From Halobacteroidaceae bacterium (lineage in GTDB: Bacteria > Bacillota > Halanaerobiia > B1SED10-174), in the NCBI GenBank assembly GCA_003551665.1, contig PUNE01000050.1, forward strand, positions 14,892 through 78,891: a stretch of DNA of 64,000 nucleotides. Reading direction: 5' to 3'. The translations under genes were made by a program, and so were the position numbers. Position 1 is the first letter of the stretch. Every line of letters starts with the position of its first letter. Positions 1-9,327 of the stretch are shown piece after piece. Under the pieces are notes generated by a model. It was not told the origin of the DNA, did no database searches, and worked only from the letters and a program-made list of their open reading frames with translations.

Positions 1-2788
1 CGACGGCGATTATCCTGGCCAGGAGGGGAATGTCTTCTCCCTTCAGCCCCTGGGGGTACCCCTTCCCATCCCACCGTTCGTGGTGGGTCAGGATATAGTC
101 TGCAACCTGGGAAAATTCCTGGGAGGATTCTGCAATACGGAAACCAATTTCAGGATGCCTTTTTATCGCTTCCCACTCCTCTTTAGAAAGTTCGGTGGTT
201 TTCTTCAAAATCTCCTCTGGTATGGCAATTTTCCCAATATCGTGAATAGCTGCCAGAAGTTCCAGCTTCTCCAGTTCTCTCCTTTTTAGCCCCAGTTCTT
301 TCCCCGTGGCCAGGGAAAGTTCTCGGATCCTTGATATATGCTCCCGATCTTCAAAAGTATACTGGGAAAGGGTACGTTGCAGGGAATTAATAATGGAATC
401 TCTGATTTCCCGGCTTTCGGTCAGCTTGTTGGAGTACATCTCATTTTCAGCCCTCTTCAACACCTCACCGGCATCTTCTGAAACATCCTCCTTGCTGGAA
501 ACTCCGAGAGAAATGCTGGGTTGAATAGGGGTGTGATCGCTATCCTGGCATGCCTTTTTAATTCGACTGCAGATATTTTTGGCCTCTTCTCTGCCCGTGC
601 CGGGAAGAAGAATTGCAAATTCGTCCCCTCCCCAGCGGGCTATGATATCTTCATTGCGGCAGGTTTCAGTAAGAATTCTGGCCATTGCCTGCAGCAACCT
701 ATCCCCTTCCTGATGCCCAAAAACATCGTTGGTAAGTTTTAATCCGTTGGCATCGCCAATTACAATGCTCAGGGGCATCTGCCTTTTTGTATCAAGCCTT
801 TTGAGTTCTTCTTCGAAGTAAGCCCGGTTGTAAAGGCCGGTAAGATTGTCGTGGAAACTGATGTACCTGATTTTTTTCTCCGATTTAATCCTCTTCAGGG
901 CTTCAGTGGTGTGAGAGATCAGTAGCTCAGCTAAGTCCTTGTCCTCCTGGCCAAACCCACCCACCTCTTCCGAGATCACCTGAAAAATTCCCAGATCTCC
1001 AATGGGGAGGCTTATTGCCGAGCGATACCTGGATTTGACGGGAGCTGCTCCCGGAGCTTTCTGAATATCTTCAACCAGGAAGGTTTTACCCTCCATATAG
1101 GTTTTGCCCCCAAGGCCCTTATCGCAGGGCATTGTTGCAGAACCATCAACGGGCACCCCAGAAGATGTAGCCTTGGGAACAAAAAACCCGTCCTCGACAA
1201 TATCCAGCGAGCAGATATTAAAGTTCAGTATTTCTTCGGCTGCCTCCACGGTCAGATTGTATACCTCTTGCTCTTCCTGGCTCCGTTCCATTTTTATGGC
1301 CACATCATGTAATTTCTCAATTTTGCTCTTGCTTTCCCGCAGGGCTGCTTCCATTGCCTTCTGCTCGGTCACATCGCGAAATACGAGTACTGCACCCTTA
1401 ATGTTTCCGTCTTCGTCTTTAATGGGAGCAGCGCTGTCATCAATAGGGATTTCCTTCCCGTCCTTGGTAAGCAGCATCGTGTGCCTGTCTATCCCGACTA
1501 TTTTCTGAGTAGAAATTACTCTTTTTATTGGGTTCTCTATTTTTTCCCCGGTTTTTTCGTTGATAATCTTAAAAACCCTATCCATTGGCTGATTTTGGGC
1601 TTCGTTATTTCTCCAGCCCGTCAGGTTTTCCGCAATAGGGTTCATCAGCTTGATATACCCACCCACATCACAGGCAATAACGGCGTCCCCGATACTGTTC
1701 AGGGTTGTACCCAGCCACTCCTCGCTTTCCTGGAGGGCTCTTTCCCGGGCCCTGATTGAGTCCGACATCCGCTTGATATTTCCTGCAAGGTCATTAAACT
1801 CACGATAACTGCCGGGGGTAAGTTCAAGCTGGTAATCACCACCCGCAACCCTTTTAACCTTCTGGGCCAGTGTACTGAAGGAGACCATGAACTGCTGAAT
1901 GTTAATCATGGCCAGAAAGATGGCCAGACCTACCCCTGCAAATCCCCAGAGCCAGAAAACCCTGGTTATCCTGTCCACGGGAGCAAAGGCCTCTTCCATG
2001 TACCGGGTCACGACAACGGGCCAACCTGTCTGGGGAGTAAGGGCAACACTGGCCAGGATATCATGATTTTGAAAGGGGCCCTGGTAATTCCCTTCCTTGC
2101 CACCAAGACCCTGCTGGACTACCTCCAGGTCCGAAACATTAACCCTCTGCATGGGCAGGGAAGGGTCGGTATGGCCGATAAAGGTTCCCTGGGTATCGGT
2201 AATCCCCACAAAAAAGAACTCGGGAATCGCAACCCGGCGGGAAATTATTTTATTCAACTCGGCAAGGTTCAAATACCCCACAACCATATTTTCCCCCATG
2301 GATTTGCTTACAGTCAGGGTTGGATCCCCGGTCTGGGGGGAAATAAAAGTCTCTGACCAGAGCACCTCCTCCAGGTCCCGGCTTTTTTCATAAAAAGGCT
2401 GCCGGCTCATATCAAAACCAATCAGTTCTGGATCCTCCGGAGCAACATGCTCAACCCGTCCCTGGTAATCCAGTACCTGGACCATTTCAAAAAAGGAAAA
2501 GTTCCCCATCACAGTTTCCAGGTATTGATTAAACTGGGTGGGGTTGAGAGACCCGCTTCTGTAAAGGTCTCCTACCTGCCCCAGGATATTTTCAGGTTCC
2601 TCAAGGAATTTTTCTACTTCTCCGGCCAGAGAGCGGGCCAGCTGCATATTTTTTGTCGTAATTTCTTCTTCCAGGGAACCCGTCACTATATCCATGGCAG
2701 AAAAGGAGACCGCCAGAAGGGGCAGGATAGCCACCAGAACACAGGTCGTTATTAATATGGTTTTGATACTTCTCCCCTGTTTGCGCAT
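1..2788 (-). CDS. Multidomain c-di-GMP signalling protein (extracytoplasmic Cache-like region, TM, HAMP, PAS, GAF, GGDEF, HD-GYP); 3' end runs off the window
   Basis: Absent from the ORF track because no stop lies in the window. The frame is open from ATG 2788..2786, with SD-like GGGTGG 7 nt upstream. Hand translation shows PAS (NSIGDAVIACD, ~1666-1698), I-site plus active site RNEDIIARWGGDEF (GGDEF codons 631..617), HD (AAIHDIGK, ~240) and HHERWDGKGYP (85..53). Confidence 0.85.
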   Translation of the reverse strand, partial: MRKQGRSIKTILITTCVLVAILPLLAVSFSAMDIVTGSLEEEITTKNMQLARSLAGEVEKFLEEPENILGQVGDLYRSGSLNPTQFNQYLETVMGNFSFFEMVQVLDYQGRVEHVAPEDPELIGFDMSRQPFYEKSRDLEEVLWSETFISPQTGDPTLTVSKSMGENMVVGYLNLAELNKIISRRVAIPEFFFVGITDTQGTFIGHTDPSLPMQRVNVSDLEVVQQGLGGKEGNYQGPFQNHDILASVALTPQTGWPVVVTRYMEEAFAPVDRITRVFWLWGFAGVGLAIFLAMINIQQFMVSFSTLAQKVKRVAGGDYQLELTPGSYREFNDLAGNIKRMSDSIRARERALQESEEWLGTTLNSIGDAVIACDVGGYIKLMNPIAENLTGWRNNEAQNQPMDRVFKIINEKTGEKIENPIKRVISTQKIVGIDRHTMLLTKDGKEIPIDDSAAPIKDEDGNIKGAVLVFRDVTEQKAMEAALRESKSKIEKLHDVAIKMERSQEEQEVYNLTVEAAEEILNFNICSLDIVEDGFFVPKATSSGVPVDGSATMPCDKGLGGKTYMEGKTFLVEDIQKAPGAAPVKSRYRSAISLPIGDLGIFQVISEEVGGFGQEDKDLAELLISHTTEALKRIKSEKKIRYISFHDNLTGLYNRAYFEEELKRLDTKRQMPLSIVIGDANGLKLTNDVFGHQEGDRLLQAMARILTETCRNEDIIARWGGDEFAILLPGTGREEAKNICSRIKKACQDSDHTPIQPSISLGVSSKEDVSEDAGEVLKRAENEMYSNKLTESREIRDSIINSLQRTLSQYTFEDREHISRIRELSLATGKELGLKRRELEKLELLAAIHDIGKIAIPEEILKKTTELSKEEWEAIKRHPEIGFRIAESSQEFSQVADYILTHHERWDGKGYPQGLKGEDIPLLARIIAV

Positions 2789-3918
2789 CAGAAATCCACC
2801 CTTTGAAAAGAACCGTCCCTGATTTCGAATATCATTTCCTCCATAATCCCGTCCCCGAAGCGGTCTATACAGAATTCACCCTGCAAACCACTAAAAGTTC
2901 GGTGGTTGATGATCGCCTCCCTGAGGCTTTCTGCACTCCAGTCCGAAGCATTTTCCAGGGCCCAGATTAGAACCCGGGCAGCTTCATAGCCAAAAAAAGA
3001 ACCAAATTCTGGTTCCCGGCCAAACCTCTCCAGGTAACTTTCCCGGAAAGCGAGGTACTCTTTGTTATCGGCTCCGGGATCAAAATAATGAACTATTTTA
3101 AAACCTTCAACTGCCCTTCCCCCGTGGTGGATTAATTCATAGGTTTTGCTCCAGGCAGCTCCAAAGAGCGGTTTTTCATAGCCAGCCTTCCGAAACTGCT
3201 GGGCAAAACGCCCGGCATCAACACCACCTGAAATCAAAACCACTCCCTCGGGTTGGTGGGCAAGTACTCTTTCCACAACCATGTTGTAGCTGAATTCCGT
3301 CCCTGAAGAAAAGGGGGTAGAAGCACTTATATTTCCACCCAGCCCGGTATATTCCTTACGGAAGTGCGAATACCAGTCAACAGTATATTCGTGGTTGGAA
3401 AGGTCATATAGCACACCAAGCCTTTCAATACCTTCTTCATTATATATGTACTCTGCCAGGGCTCTTGTTTCTATTCTGTGGCCCGGGAAAACGCGCATGA
3501 AAAAATCGTGGCGCCCTTCCAGGAAACTGGTACTTGTGGTAGGGCTTAACATTAAAACCTGCTCCTGGTTGGTCAGGTGAAAGGTTGCTCGGGACATGGA
3601 ACTGGTCATGTGCCCGATTATTCCCACAACCTCTTTTTCAATCAGTTCCCGGACAACTTCCCGGGCCTGTTCTCTATCATGCCCATCATCCCGGGTTAAA
3701 AGGTGGAGGGGTCTTCCCTCAAGCCCTCCCTCCTTGTTGAACTGTTCTATGGCCAGGAGGGCTCCGTCCCGGCCGGAAACACTTAGATCCGAAACTCTGC
3801 CGCTCAAAGAGCCGACAAAACCCAGTCGGATAGGTTCGGGATCGCCTTCCTGCCTGCAGGCTGGGAGAGAAAATATTAGGAGTAAGGATAATATAAAAAT
3901 GAGGCCCCGTTGCACCAC
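2788..3918 (-). CDS. Type-1 periplasmic binding protein (Leu/Ile/Val-binding, LivK-like), probable lipoprotein
   Basis: IRLGFVGSLSGRVSDLSVSGRDGALLAIEQFN... is typical of LivK-like PBPs. Signal peptide with lipobox LPAC. I place the start at GTG 3918 (GGAGGA 8 nt upstream); the track ORF extends to 4053 without an RBS. Its TGA stop overlaps the ATG of the downstream sensor (TGATG). Confidence 0.8.
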   Translation of the reverse strand: MVQRGLIFILSLLLIFSLPACRQEGDPEPIRLGFVGSLSGRVSDLSVSGRDGALLAIEQFNKEGGLEGRPLHLLTRDDGHDREQAREVVRELIEKEVVGIIGHMTSSMSRATFHLTNQEQVLMLSPTTSTSFLEGRHDFFMRVFPGHRIETRALAEYIYNEEGIERLGVLYDLSNHEYTVDWYSHFRKEYTGLGGNISASTPFSSGTEFSYNMVVERVLAHQPEGVVLISGGVDAGRFAQQFRKAGYEKPLFGAAWSKTYELIHHGGRAVEGFKIVHYFDPGADNKEYLAFRESYLERFGREPEFGSFFGYEAARVLIWALENASDWSAESLREAIINHRTFSGLQGEFCIDRFGDGIMEEMIFEIRDGSFQRVDF

Positions 3919-4133
3919 GCCGGTTTTCCTCCTTTTTTCAGTATTAGGTTTTTCTCCTTCAACCCTGAAACTTAACGTTCGTTTAGCATATAAATTTCGA
4001 CAGAACAAGCAAAAAACCTGCCAGATTCTGTATACACTTTGAGAGGAAGACAAAAACCCTTTGCTTTATTAAAATCTTTATGTTATTCTGAAAATATAGA
4101 AAGTGGCAATATTTGAGGGAGGTGGAAAAAGTT

Positions 4134-5465
4134 ATGGGTCGAAAAGTTATCCCCTTTCTTCTGGTCCTTGCTCTTTCTTTTTTGCTTTTTCCTGCAGGAG
4201 CTCGAGCCCAGAACAATGATAATACTTTTTACCTTATCTCCATCCGAGAAACCATAACTACCGGGAGTGCTTCTTTTATTCAGCGTCAACTACAGCTTGC
4301 CGAAGCCGAGGGAGTACAGGCAACCATCATCCTGCTCGATACTCCCGGGGGCCTCGTTGATGCAACTCTTGAAATAAATCGTTTATTTCGCACCCACCCC
4401 AAGCCCATTATTATCCTTGTGGCACCCTCAGGTGCCATGGCTGCATCCGCAGGGGCTTTCCTGGTACTTGGGGCAGATATTGCCGTTATGGCACCCGGCA
4501 CCACTGTCGGAGCAGCACAGCCCATAACAATGTCCCCGGCAGGAACAGAACCTGCTGACGATAAAACCGTCCAGTTCATGGCTTCCCACCTCCGCAGCCT
4601 GGCCCGGGAAAATAACCGGCCTGTGGATATTGCCGAGCGGTTTGTAACAGAAAACCTGACACTTGATGCCTGGGAGGCCCTGGAAGAAGGAGTAATTGAC
4701 TTTATGGCGGCCAACAAGGAAGAAATGCTTGCCCTCCTGGACGATTATTCCCTGGAAAAGGGGGGAATAACTTTTACCCTCAGGACCGAGGATGCACAAA
4801 TTATCCAGGGTGAAATGAACCTGCGGGAACAGGTGCAAAACTTCGTAAGCAATCCACAGATTGCCTTTTTGCTTTTGATGCTGGGTGGCCTCGGAGTGTA
4901 CCTGGGTCTCAGCGCCCCGGGAACCTATGTACCTGAAATCCTCGGCTCCCTGGCCCTGGTTCTTGCTGTTTACGGACTTGGCCTTTTTTCAACGAATGTA
5001 GCCGGTGTAATACTCCTGGTTATTGGAATTGGGCTTTTGATAGCAGAGGTATTCACTGCAGGATTTGGGATCCTGGGGATAGCGGGGGCAATTTCCCTTG
5101 TTTTTGGCTCCATTCTTCTTCCCCACGAACCCCTGATGGATCCCGACTGGTACGCCGCCTTTCGGACAACAGTTCTAGGCGTGGGAATAGCGGTCTCCAT
5201 TTTGCTTCTAATTGTTATCCAGAGGGTAATCAGTTCCCGCCTCAGGCGAAAACAAAGGGGACCATTTATGGCCGCCCGGTCGGCACGGGTTACCCAAGCC
5301 CTTAACCCCAGGGGAACTGTTAAGGCCCAGGGGGAACTCTGGAATGCCCGTGAAGTTGACGGGCAAACCGTTGAAGAAGGTGAACAGGTAAAGGTTGTGG
5401 GACAGGAAGGTCTGGAGCTTCTGGTTAAAAAAGAAAGCCAAAGTCAAGGAGGGGGTAGTGCTTAA
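4134..5465 (+). CDS. NfeD-family membrane-bound ClpP-class serine protease
   Basis: N-terminal ClpP-like region (TPGGLVDATLEINRLF, APSGAMAASAGAF), a multi-TM middle and a C-terminal NfeD OB-fold-like tail (GELWNAREVDG...VKVVG). ATG 4134 has GGAGG 8 nt upstream; the track start 4113 is a TTG. Confidence 0.85.
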   Translation: MGRKVIPFLLVLALSFLLFPAGARAQNNDNTFYLISIRETITTGSASFIQRQLQLAEAEGVQATIILLDTPGGLVDATLEINRLFRTHPKPIIILVAPSGAMAASAGAFLVLGADIAVMAPGTTVGAAQPITMSPAGTEPADDKTVQFMASHLRSLARENNRPVDIAERFVTENLTLDAWEALEEGVIDFMAANKEEMLALLDDYSLEKGGITFTLRTEDAQIIQGEMNLREQVQNFVSNPQIAFLLLMLGGLGVYLGLSAPGTYVPEILGSLALVLAVYGLGLFSTNVAGVILLVIGIGLLIAEVFTAGFGILGIAGAISLVFGSILLPHEPLMDPDWYAAFRTTVLGVGIAVSILLLIVIQRVISSRLRRKQRGPFMAARSARVTQALNPRGTVKAQGELWNAREVDGQTVEEGEQVKVVGQEGLELLVKKESQSQGGGSA

Positions 5466-6256
5466 TGCCAATTCAGGTTCTGGGTATTGTAGCTGCCATT
5501 TTGATTCTGGTTCTGGTTTACGCCATTAGGATAGCCAAAGAATATGAGCGGCTGGTAATTTTCCGCCTGGGACACCTCATTGCCGAAAAAGGACCAGGGC
5601 TTGTAATTATCATTCCGATTATTGACCGCGCAGTCCGCATTTCGCTAAGAATAGTCACTCTTGACGTTCCAACCCAGGAAGTAATTACCAGGGATAACGT
5701 GACCTGCAGCGTCAACGCCGTCATCTATTACCGCGTTGTTGAGCCCAACCGGGCCGTAGTAAACGTGGAAGAATACCGGATGGCTACAGCGCAACTTGCG
5801 CAGACAACCCTGCGCAGTGTTGCAGGGCAGGCCGAACTTGATGAACTTCTCTCGGAGCGGGATAAACTGAACCAGAAAATCCAGCAGATCCTCGACGAAG
5901 CCACCGATCCCTGGGGAATCAAGGTAACCGCCGTTGAAATTAAGGACGTCGTCATTCCCCAGGGTCTTCAGAAAGCAATCGCCCGCCAGGCTGCTGCGGA
6001 AAGGGAGCGTCGAGCCGTGGTCATCCAGGCTGAAGGTGAAAAACAGGCAGCCAAGCGCCTTTCTCAGGCCGCTAAAATTCTCGCTTCTGAAGAAGGAGGA
6101 ATGTTCGTCCGTCTCCTGCGGACAATTCCCGAAATTACAGGCCAGCCCGGTTCTATCCTGGCCTTCCCTCTGCCCCTGGAGTTGAAGCACCTCTGGGAAG
6201 GTTTATCTCCCAAAAAAGAACCGGAAAAAGGGGAGGGCGAAGCTGAAAAAGAATAA
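5465..6256 (+). CDS. SPFH / band-7 (stomatin-like) protein
   Basis: N-terminal TM followed by PIIDRAVRISLRIVTLDVPTQEVITRDNV...AVIYYRV, a stomatin/prohibitin signature. The start overlaps the nfeD stop (TAATG). This is the classic NfeD-stomatin operon. Confidence 0.9.
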   Translation: MPIQVLGIVAAILILVLVYAIRIAKEYERLVIFRLGHLIAEKGPGLVIIIPIIDRAVRISLRIVTLDVPTQEVITRDNVTCSVNAVIYYRVVEPNRAVVNVEEYRMATAQLAQTTLRSVAGQAELDELLSERDKLNQKIQQILDEATDPWGIKVTAVEIKDVVIPQGLQKAIARQAAAERERRAVVIQAEGEKQAAKRLSQAAKILASEEGGMFVRLLRTIPEITGQPGSILAFPLPLELKHLWEGLSPKKEPEKGEGEAEKE

Positions 6257-6260
6257 ACAA

Positions 6261-6300
6261 AAAAGGCTCCTGCGGGTTAAACCCGCAGGAGCCCTTTTTT
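6261..6300. terminator. Bidirectional rho-independent terminator between convergent genes
   Basis: Perfect 12-bp stem ggctcctgcggg (6265-6276) / cccgcaggagcc (6282-6293) with a 5-nt loop. An A-run lies upstream and a T6 run downstream. Confidence 0.85.
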
Positions 6301-6308
6301 GCATTTTT

Positions 6309-7940
6309 TTATTCTTCTTCCATGTAGGGATAGCGATAATCTCCTGGGGGCAGGAAGTTTTCCTTGATAGCCCGGGAAGAAAGCCAGCGATACATGTTGA
6401 TCTTGCTACCCGCCTTATCATTTGTCCCTGAAGCCCTGGCTCCACCGAAGGGCTGCTGGTTGACAATGGCCGCTGTGGGTTTATCATTGATATAGAAATT
6501 CCCCGCAGCCTGCCTGAGAACTGCTTCTGCCTGCTTAATTGCCTCCCTGTCCCGGGAGATAATGCTACCGGTTAAGCCAAAGGGCGAGGTTTCATTACAG
6601 AGGTACAGTGTTTCTTCAAACTTTTCATCGGGGTAGACATAAACTGTGAGGACAGGGCCGAAAATTTCCTCGACCATGGACTCAAAAAATGGATCGGTAG
6701 TGAGGATCACCGTGGGATCGATGAAGTAACCCTCGCTATCATCATAACCTCCACCTACAATAACTTCTGCCTTATCTGCTTCCCTGGCCCTTTCAATATA
6801 ACCCGCTATCTTATCAAAAGCCTTTTTATCAATTACCGCACCCATGAAGTTCCGGAAATCGCTGATATCTCCAACGGATATTTCCTGGACGGTCTTAACC
6901 AGTTTTTCCTTGATTTCCTCCCACTTGGAAGCAGGTATATAGGCGCGGGAAGCGGCAGAGCATTTCTGTCCCTGGTATTCAAAGGCGCCTCTGACCAGGG
7001 CAGTAATTAACTCGGAGGGTTCTGCTGATTTATGGGCGACTACAAAATCCTTGCCCCCGGTTTCGCCTACAATTCTTGGATAGTAGTGGTAGTTTTCAAT
7101 ATTTTCTCCAACTTTTTTCCACATGTGCTGAAATGTTCCCGTTGATCCGGTAAAGTGAACGCCGGACAACTGAGGATGGCCAAGAGCGGTATCCCCTACA
7201 ACCGAACCCGGACCGGGGATAAAGTTAATTACCCCTGCAGGAAGTCCGGCTTCCATTAACATCTGCATGAAGTAATGGGCCGAAAAAACTGCAGTTGAAG
7301 CAGGTTTCCAGAGGGAAACGTTCCCTGCCATTGCAGGGGCCGTTGGCAGGTTACCCGCTATTGCTGTGAAATTAAAGGGAGTAACTGCTAAAACAAAGCC
7401 CTCCAGGGGCCGGTAGTCGATTCGGTTCCATACGCCTTCGGGAGAATAAGGCTGGTCCCGGTAAATTTCCGTCAGAAAATAGCTGTTAAAACGCAGGAAA
7501 TCCGCCAGTTCACAGGCCGCCTCTATCTCCGCCTGGTGGACTGTTTTGCTCTGGCCAAGCATGGTTGCTGCATTTATGGTTGCCCGGTAGGGGCCCGTGA
7601 GCATGTCTGCCAGCTTGCGGAATATAACCAGCCTTTCTTCCCACGGCCAGTTTGCCCACTCCTTCTGGGCTTTTAAGGCGGCTTCTATGGCCATCTCCAC
7701 CTCACGGGGGCCGGCCTTGTGATAACGAGCCAGGACCTGTCCGTGCCTGTGAGGCATAACCACCTCACCAAAATCTCCAGTCTTCACTTCCCTGCCCCCT
7801 ATTACCAGGGGGATTTCTATCTCCTGCTGCTGCATTTTTTCTAGCTCATTTTTTACTGCCTCTCGATCGGGGCTTCCAGGAGGGTAGTGCCTTACCGGTT
7901 CGTTCTGGGGTTTTTGTAAGTAATAAAAAGCGTCACCCAT
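6309..7940 (-). CDS. pruA: Delta-1-pyrroline-5-carboxylate (L-glutamate gamma-semialdehyde) dehydrogenase, ALDH4-type
   Basis: ALDH catalytic motifs VGETGGKDF and GQKCSAASR. The C-terminus GNFYINDKPTAAIVNQQPFGGARASGTNDKAG closely resembles ALDH4A1-type P5CDH. ATG 7940 has GGAGG 8 nt upstream. Confidence 0.9.
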   Translation of the reverse strand: MGDAFYYLQKPQNEPVRHYPPGSPDREAVKNELEKMQQQEIEIPLVIGGREVKTGDFGEVVMPHRHGQVLARYHKAGPREVEMAIEAALKAQKEWANWPWEERLVIFRKLADMLTGPYRATINAATMLGQSKTVHQAEIEAACELADFLRFNSYFLTEIYRDQPYSPEGVWNRIDYRPLEGFVLAVTPFNFTAIAGNLPTAPAMAGNVSLWKPASTAVFSAHYFMQMLMEAGLPAGVINFIPGPGSVVGDTALGHPQLSGVHFTGSTGTFQHMWKKVGENIENYHYYPRIVGETGGKDFVVAHKSAEPSELITALVRGAFEYQGQKCSAASRAYIPASKWEEIKEKLVKTVQEISVGDISDFRNFMGAVIDKKAFDKIAGYIERAREADKAEVIVGGGYDDSEGYFIDPTVILTTDPFFESMVEEIFGPVLTVYVYPDEKFEETLYLCNETSPFGLTGSIISRDREAIKQAEAVLRQAAGNFYINDKPTAAIVNQQPFGGARASGTNDKAGSKINMYRWLSSRAIKENFLPPGDYRYPYMEEE

Positions 7941-8046
7941 TGCAAGTACCTCCTCTTTACATTTTTTCCAATCTTTATGGGTAATAATATTATAACATAC
8001 CATTTCAAATAATCACCGCCCCACCCCGTTGCAGGGTTGCAGCAGT

Positions 8047-8072
8047 AAAAGGGGCGCATTCTTTTGCGCCCC
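8047..8072 (-). terminator. Rho-independent terminator of the peptide ABC operon
   Basis: 8-bp stem ggggcgca (8051-8058) / tgcgcccc (8065-8072), followed on the minus strand by TTTT. Confidence 0.6.
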
Positions 8073-8077
8073 ATGGT

Positions 8078-8323
8078 TTATTCTTCTTCCGGGTGTTCGG
8101 GAAAATCGAAGGTCTCCTCGCTTTTTTCTGCTTCATGTCTGCGTTCGAGCCAGACCAGGTATCCTCCCCGGAAAGCGATTGCAAACCCCGCCATGGCTAG
8201 GCCATAGGCCAGGAAATTTCGGGGAAAGGTGGACGATACCAGGTTGAGGATAATGGCAAACATAAAAACCCAGGAACCGACCATTAAAGCCACACCCAGG
8301 AGTATACTTGTGACAGGCTTCAT
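8078..8323 (-). CDS. Small two-TM membrane protein with acidic tail (81 aa), last gene of the Opp-type operon
   Basis: ATG 8323 with GGTGAGGA 8 nt upstream. Two hydrophobic helices (ILLGVALMVGSWVFMFAIILNLV, LAYGLAMAGFAIAFRGGYLV) and the tail EAEKSEETFDFPEHPEEE. It starts 5 nt after the ATPase stop. Confidence 0.5.
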   Translation of the reverse strand: MKPVTSILLGVALMVGSWVFMFAIILNLVSSTFPRNFLAYGLAMAGFAIAFRGGYLVWLERRHEAEKSEETFDFPEHPEEE

Positions 8324-8327
8324 ATCA

Positions 8328-9326
8328 TCAATCCTCACCTTCGTAAAGCCAGCAGGAAACCCTCTGGTCATCTTCCAGGATAAATTCTGGAGGTACTTCA
8401 ACCTCACATTTTCCCTCCATGAAATCTGGACAGCGGGGGTGAAATCTGCAACCGGAAGGAGGATTGGCCAGGCTGGGAGGCTCTCCCGGGGGAACTTTTT
8501 TAAAGGTTTTTACATTTTCCGGGTCTGGATCGGATATTGCTTCCAGTAAGGCCTTTGTATAGGGATGTTTGGCCTCCCTCAGGATTTTCTCCACCGGCCC
8601 TTTTTCTATTAACTTCCCTCCATACATTACAAATATTCTTTCTGAGAAATAACGGACAGTTGAAAGATCGTGGGTAATATAAACAACTGCCATTTCATAA
8701 TCATCCTGAAGTTTTTTAAGCAGTTCCAAAATCTCAACCCGGACTGAGGGATCCAGCATTGAAACCGGTTCATCGGCCACGATAAGGCCGGGGTCTAATA
8801 TTTTGGACCGGGCGATTACAATCCGCTGCTGCTGACCACCGCTGAGCATGTGAGGAAACTTGTTGATAAACTCGTTGACCGGTGTCATCTTCAGGTCTTC
8901 CAGGGCCCTGTGAATCCTTTTTTCTCTTTCTTTTTCATCTTTAATCCCGTTGATTACCATTGGTTCTTCCAGGATGCGGCGGACAGTCATAAAGGGGGGC
9001 AGGGCTCCATAGGGGTCCTGCTGGATATACCCAACCTTGGACCGATACCAGTCCAAATGCTTCTTATCAGAAATGTCAAGGGTTTTTCCGTTAAAGTTCA
9101 CCTGGCCTCCCGTTGGTTCAACCAGTCCCAGAATGGTCTTGGCCAGAGTGCTTTTCCCGCATCCCGATTCCCCAACGATGGAAACCGCTTCTCCTTTTTT
9201 CAGTTCGAAATCTACTCCGTCAACAGCCTTGACTTCCCCCACCCGCAAAAATCCCCATTTGCGGAGGGTAAAATAAGTCTGCAGGTTTTCTACTTCCAGG
9301 AGCTCTTTGTTTTCCACGATTATCAC
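8328..9326 (-). CDS. Oligopeptide/dipeptide ABC transporter ATP-binding protein (OppF/DppF-like)
   Basis: Walker A GESGCGKST, signature LSGGQQQR, Walker B IVADEP. C-terminal Opp-type extension with 4 Cys (CRFHPRCP...C...C). Confidence 0.9.
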   Translation of the reverse strand: MIIVENKELLEVENLQTYFTLRKWGFLRVGEVKAVDGVDFELKKGEAVSIVGESGCGKSTLAKTILGLVEPTGGQVNFNGKTLDISDKKHLDWYRSKVGYIQQDPYGALPPFMTVRRILEEPMVINGIKDEKEREKRIHRALEDLKMTPVNEFINKFPHMLSGGQQQRIVIARSKILDPGLIVADEPVSMLDPSVRVEILELLKKLQDDYEMAVVYITHDLSTVRYFSERIFVMYGGKLIEKGPVEKILREAKHPYTKALLEAISDPDPENVKTFKKVPPGEPPSLANPPSGCRFHPRCPDFMEGKCEVEVPPEFILEDDQRVSCWLYEGED

Positions 9327-9327
9327 C

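Noticed and set aside
2788-4053. The full 421-aa track ORF as the LivK-like gene
   Set aside because: The first 45 codons (MSSSQSVYRIWQVFCLFCRNLYAK...) have no RBS and precede the signal peptide. GTG 3918 has GGAGGA at 8 nt and gives a normal lipoprotein signal.
4134-6256. NfeD-stomatin pair as a novelty
   Set aside because: It is a well-known conserved operon, so it is reported only as features.
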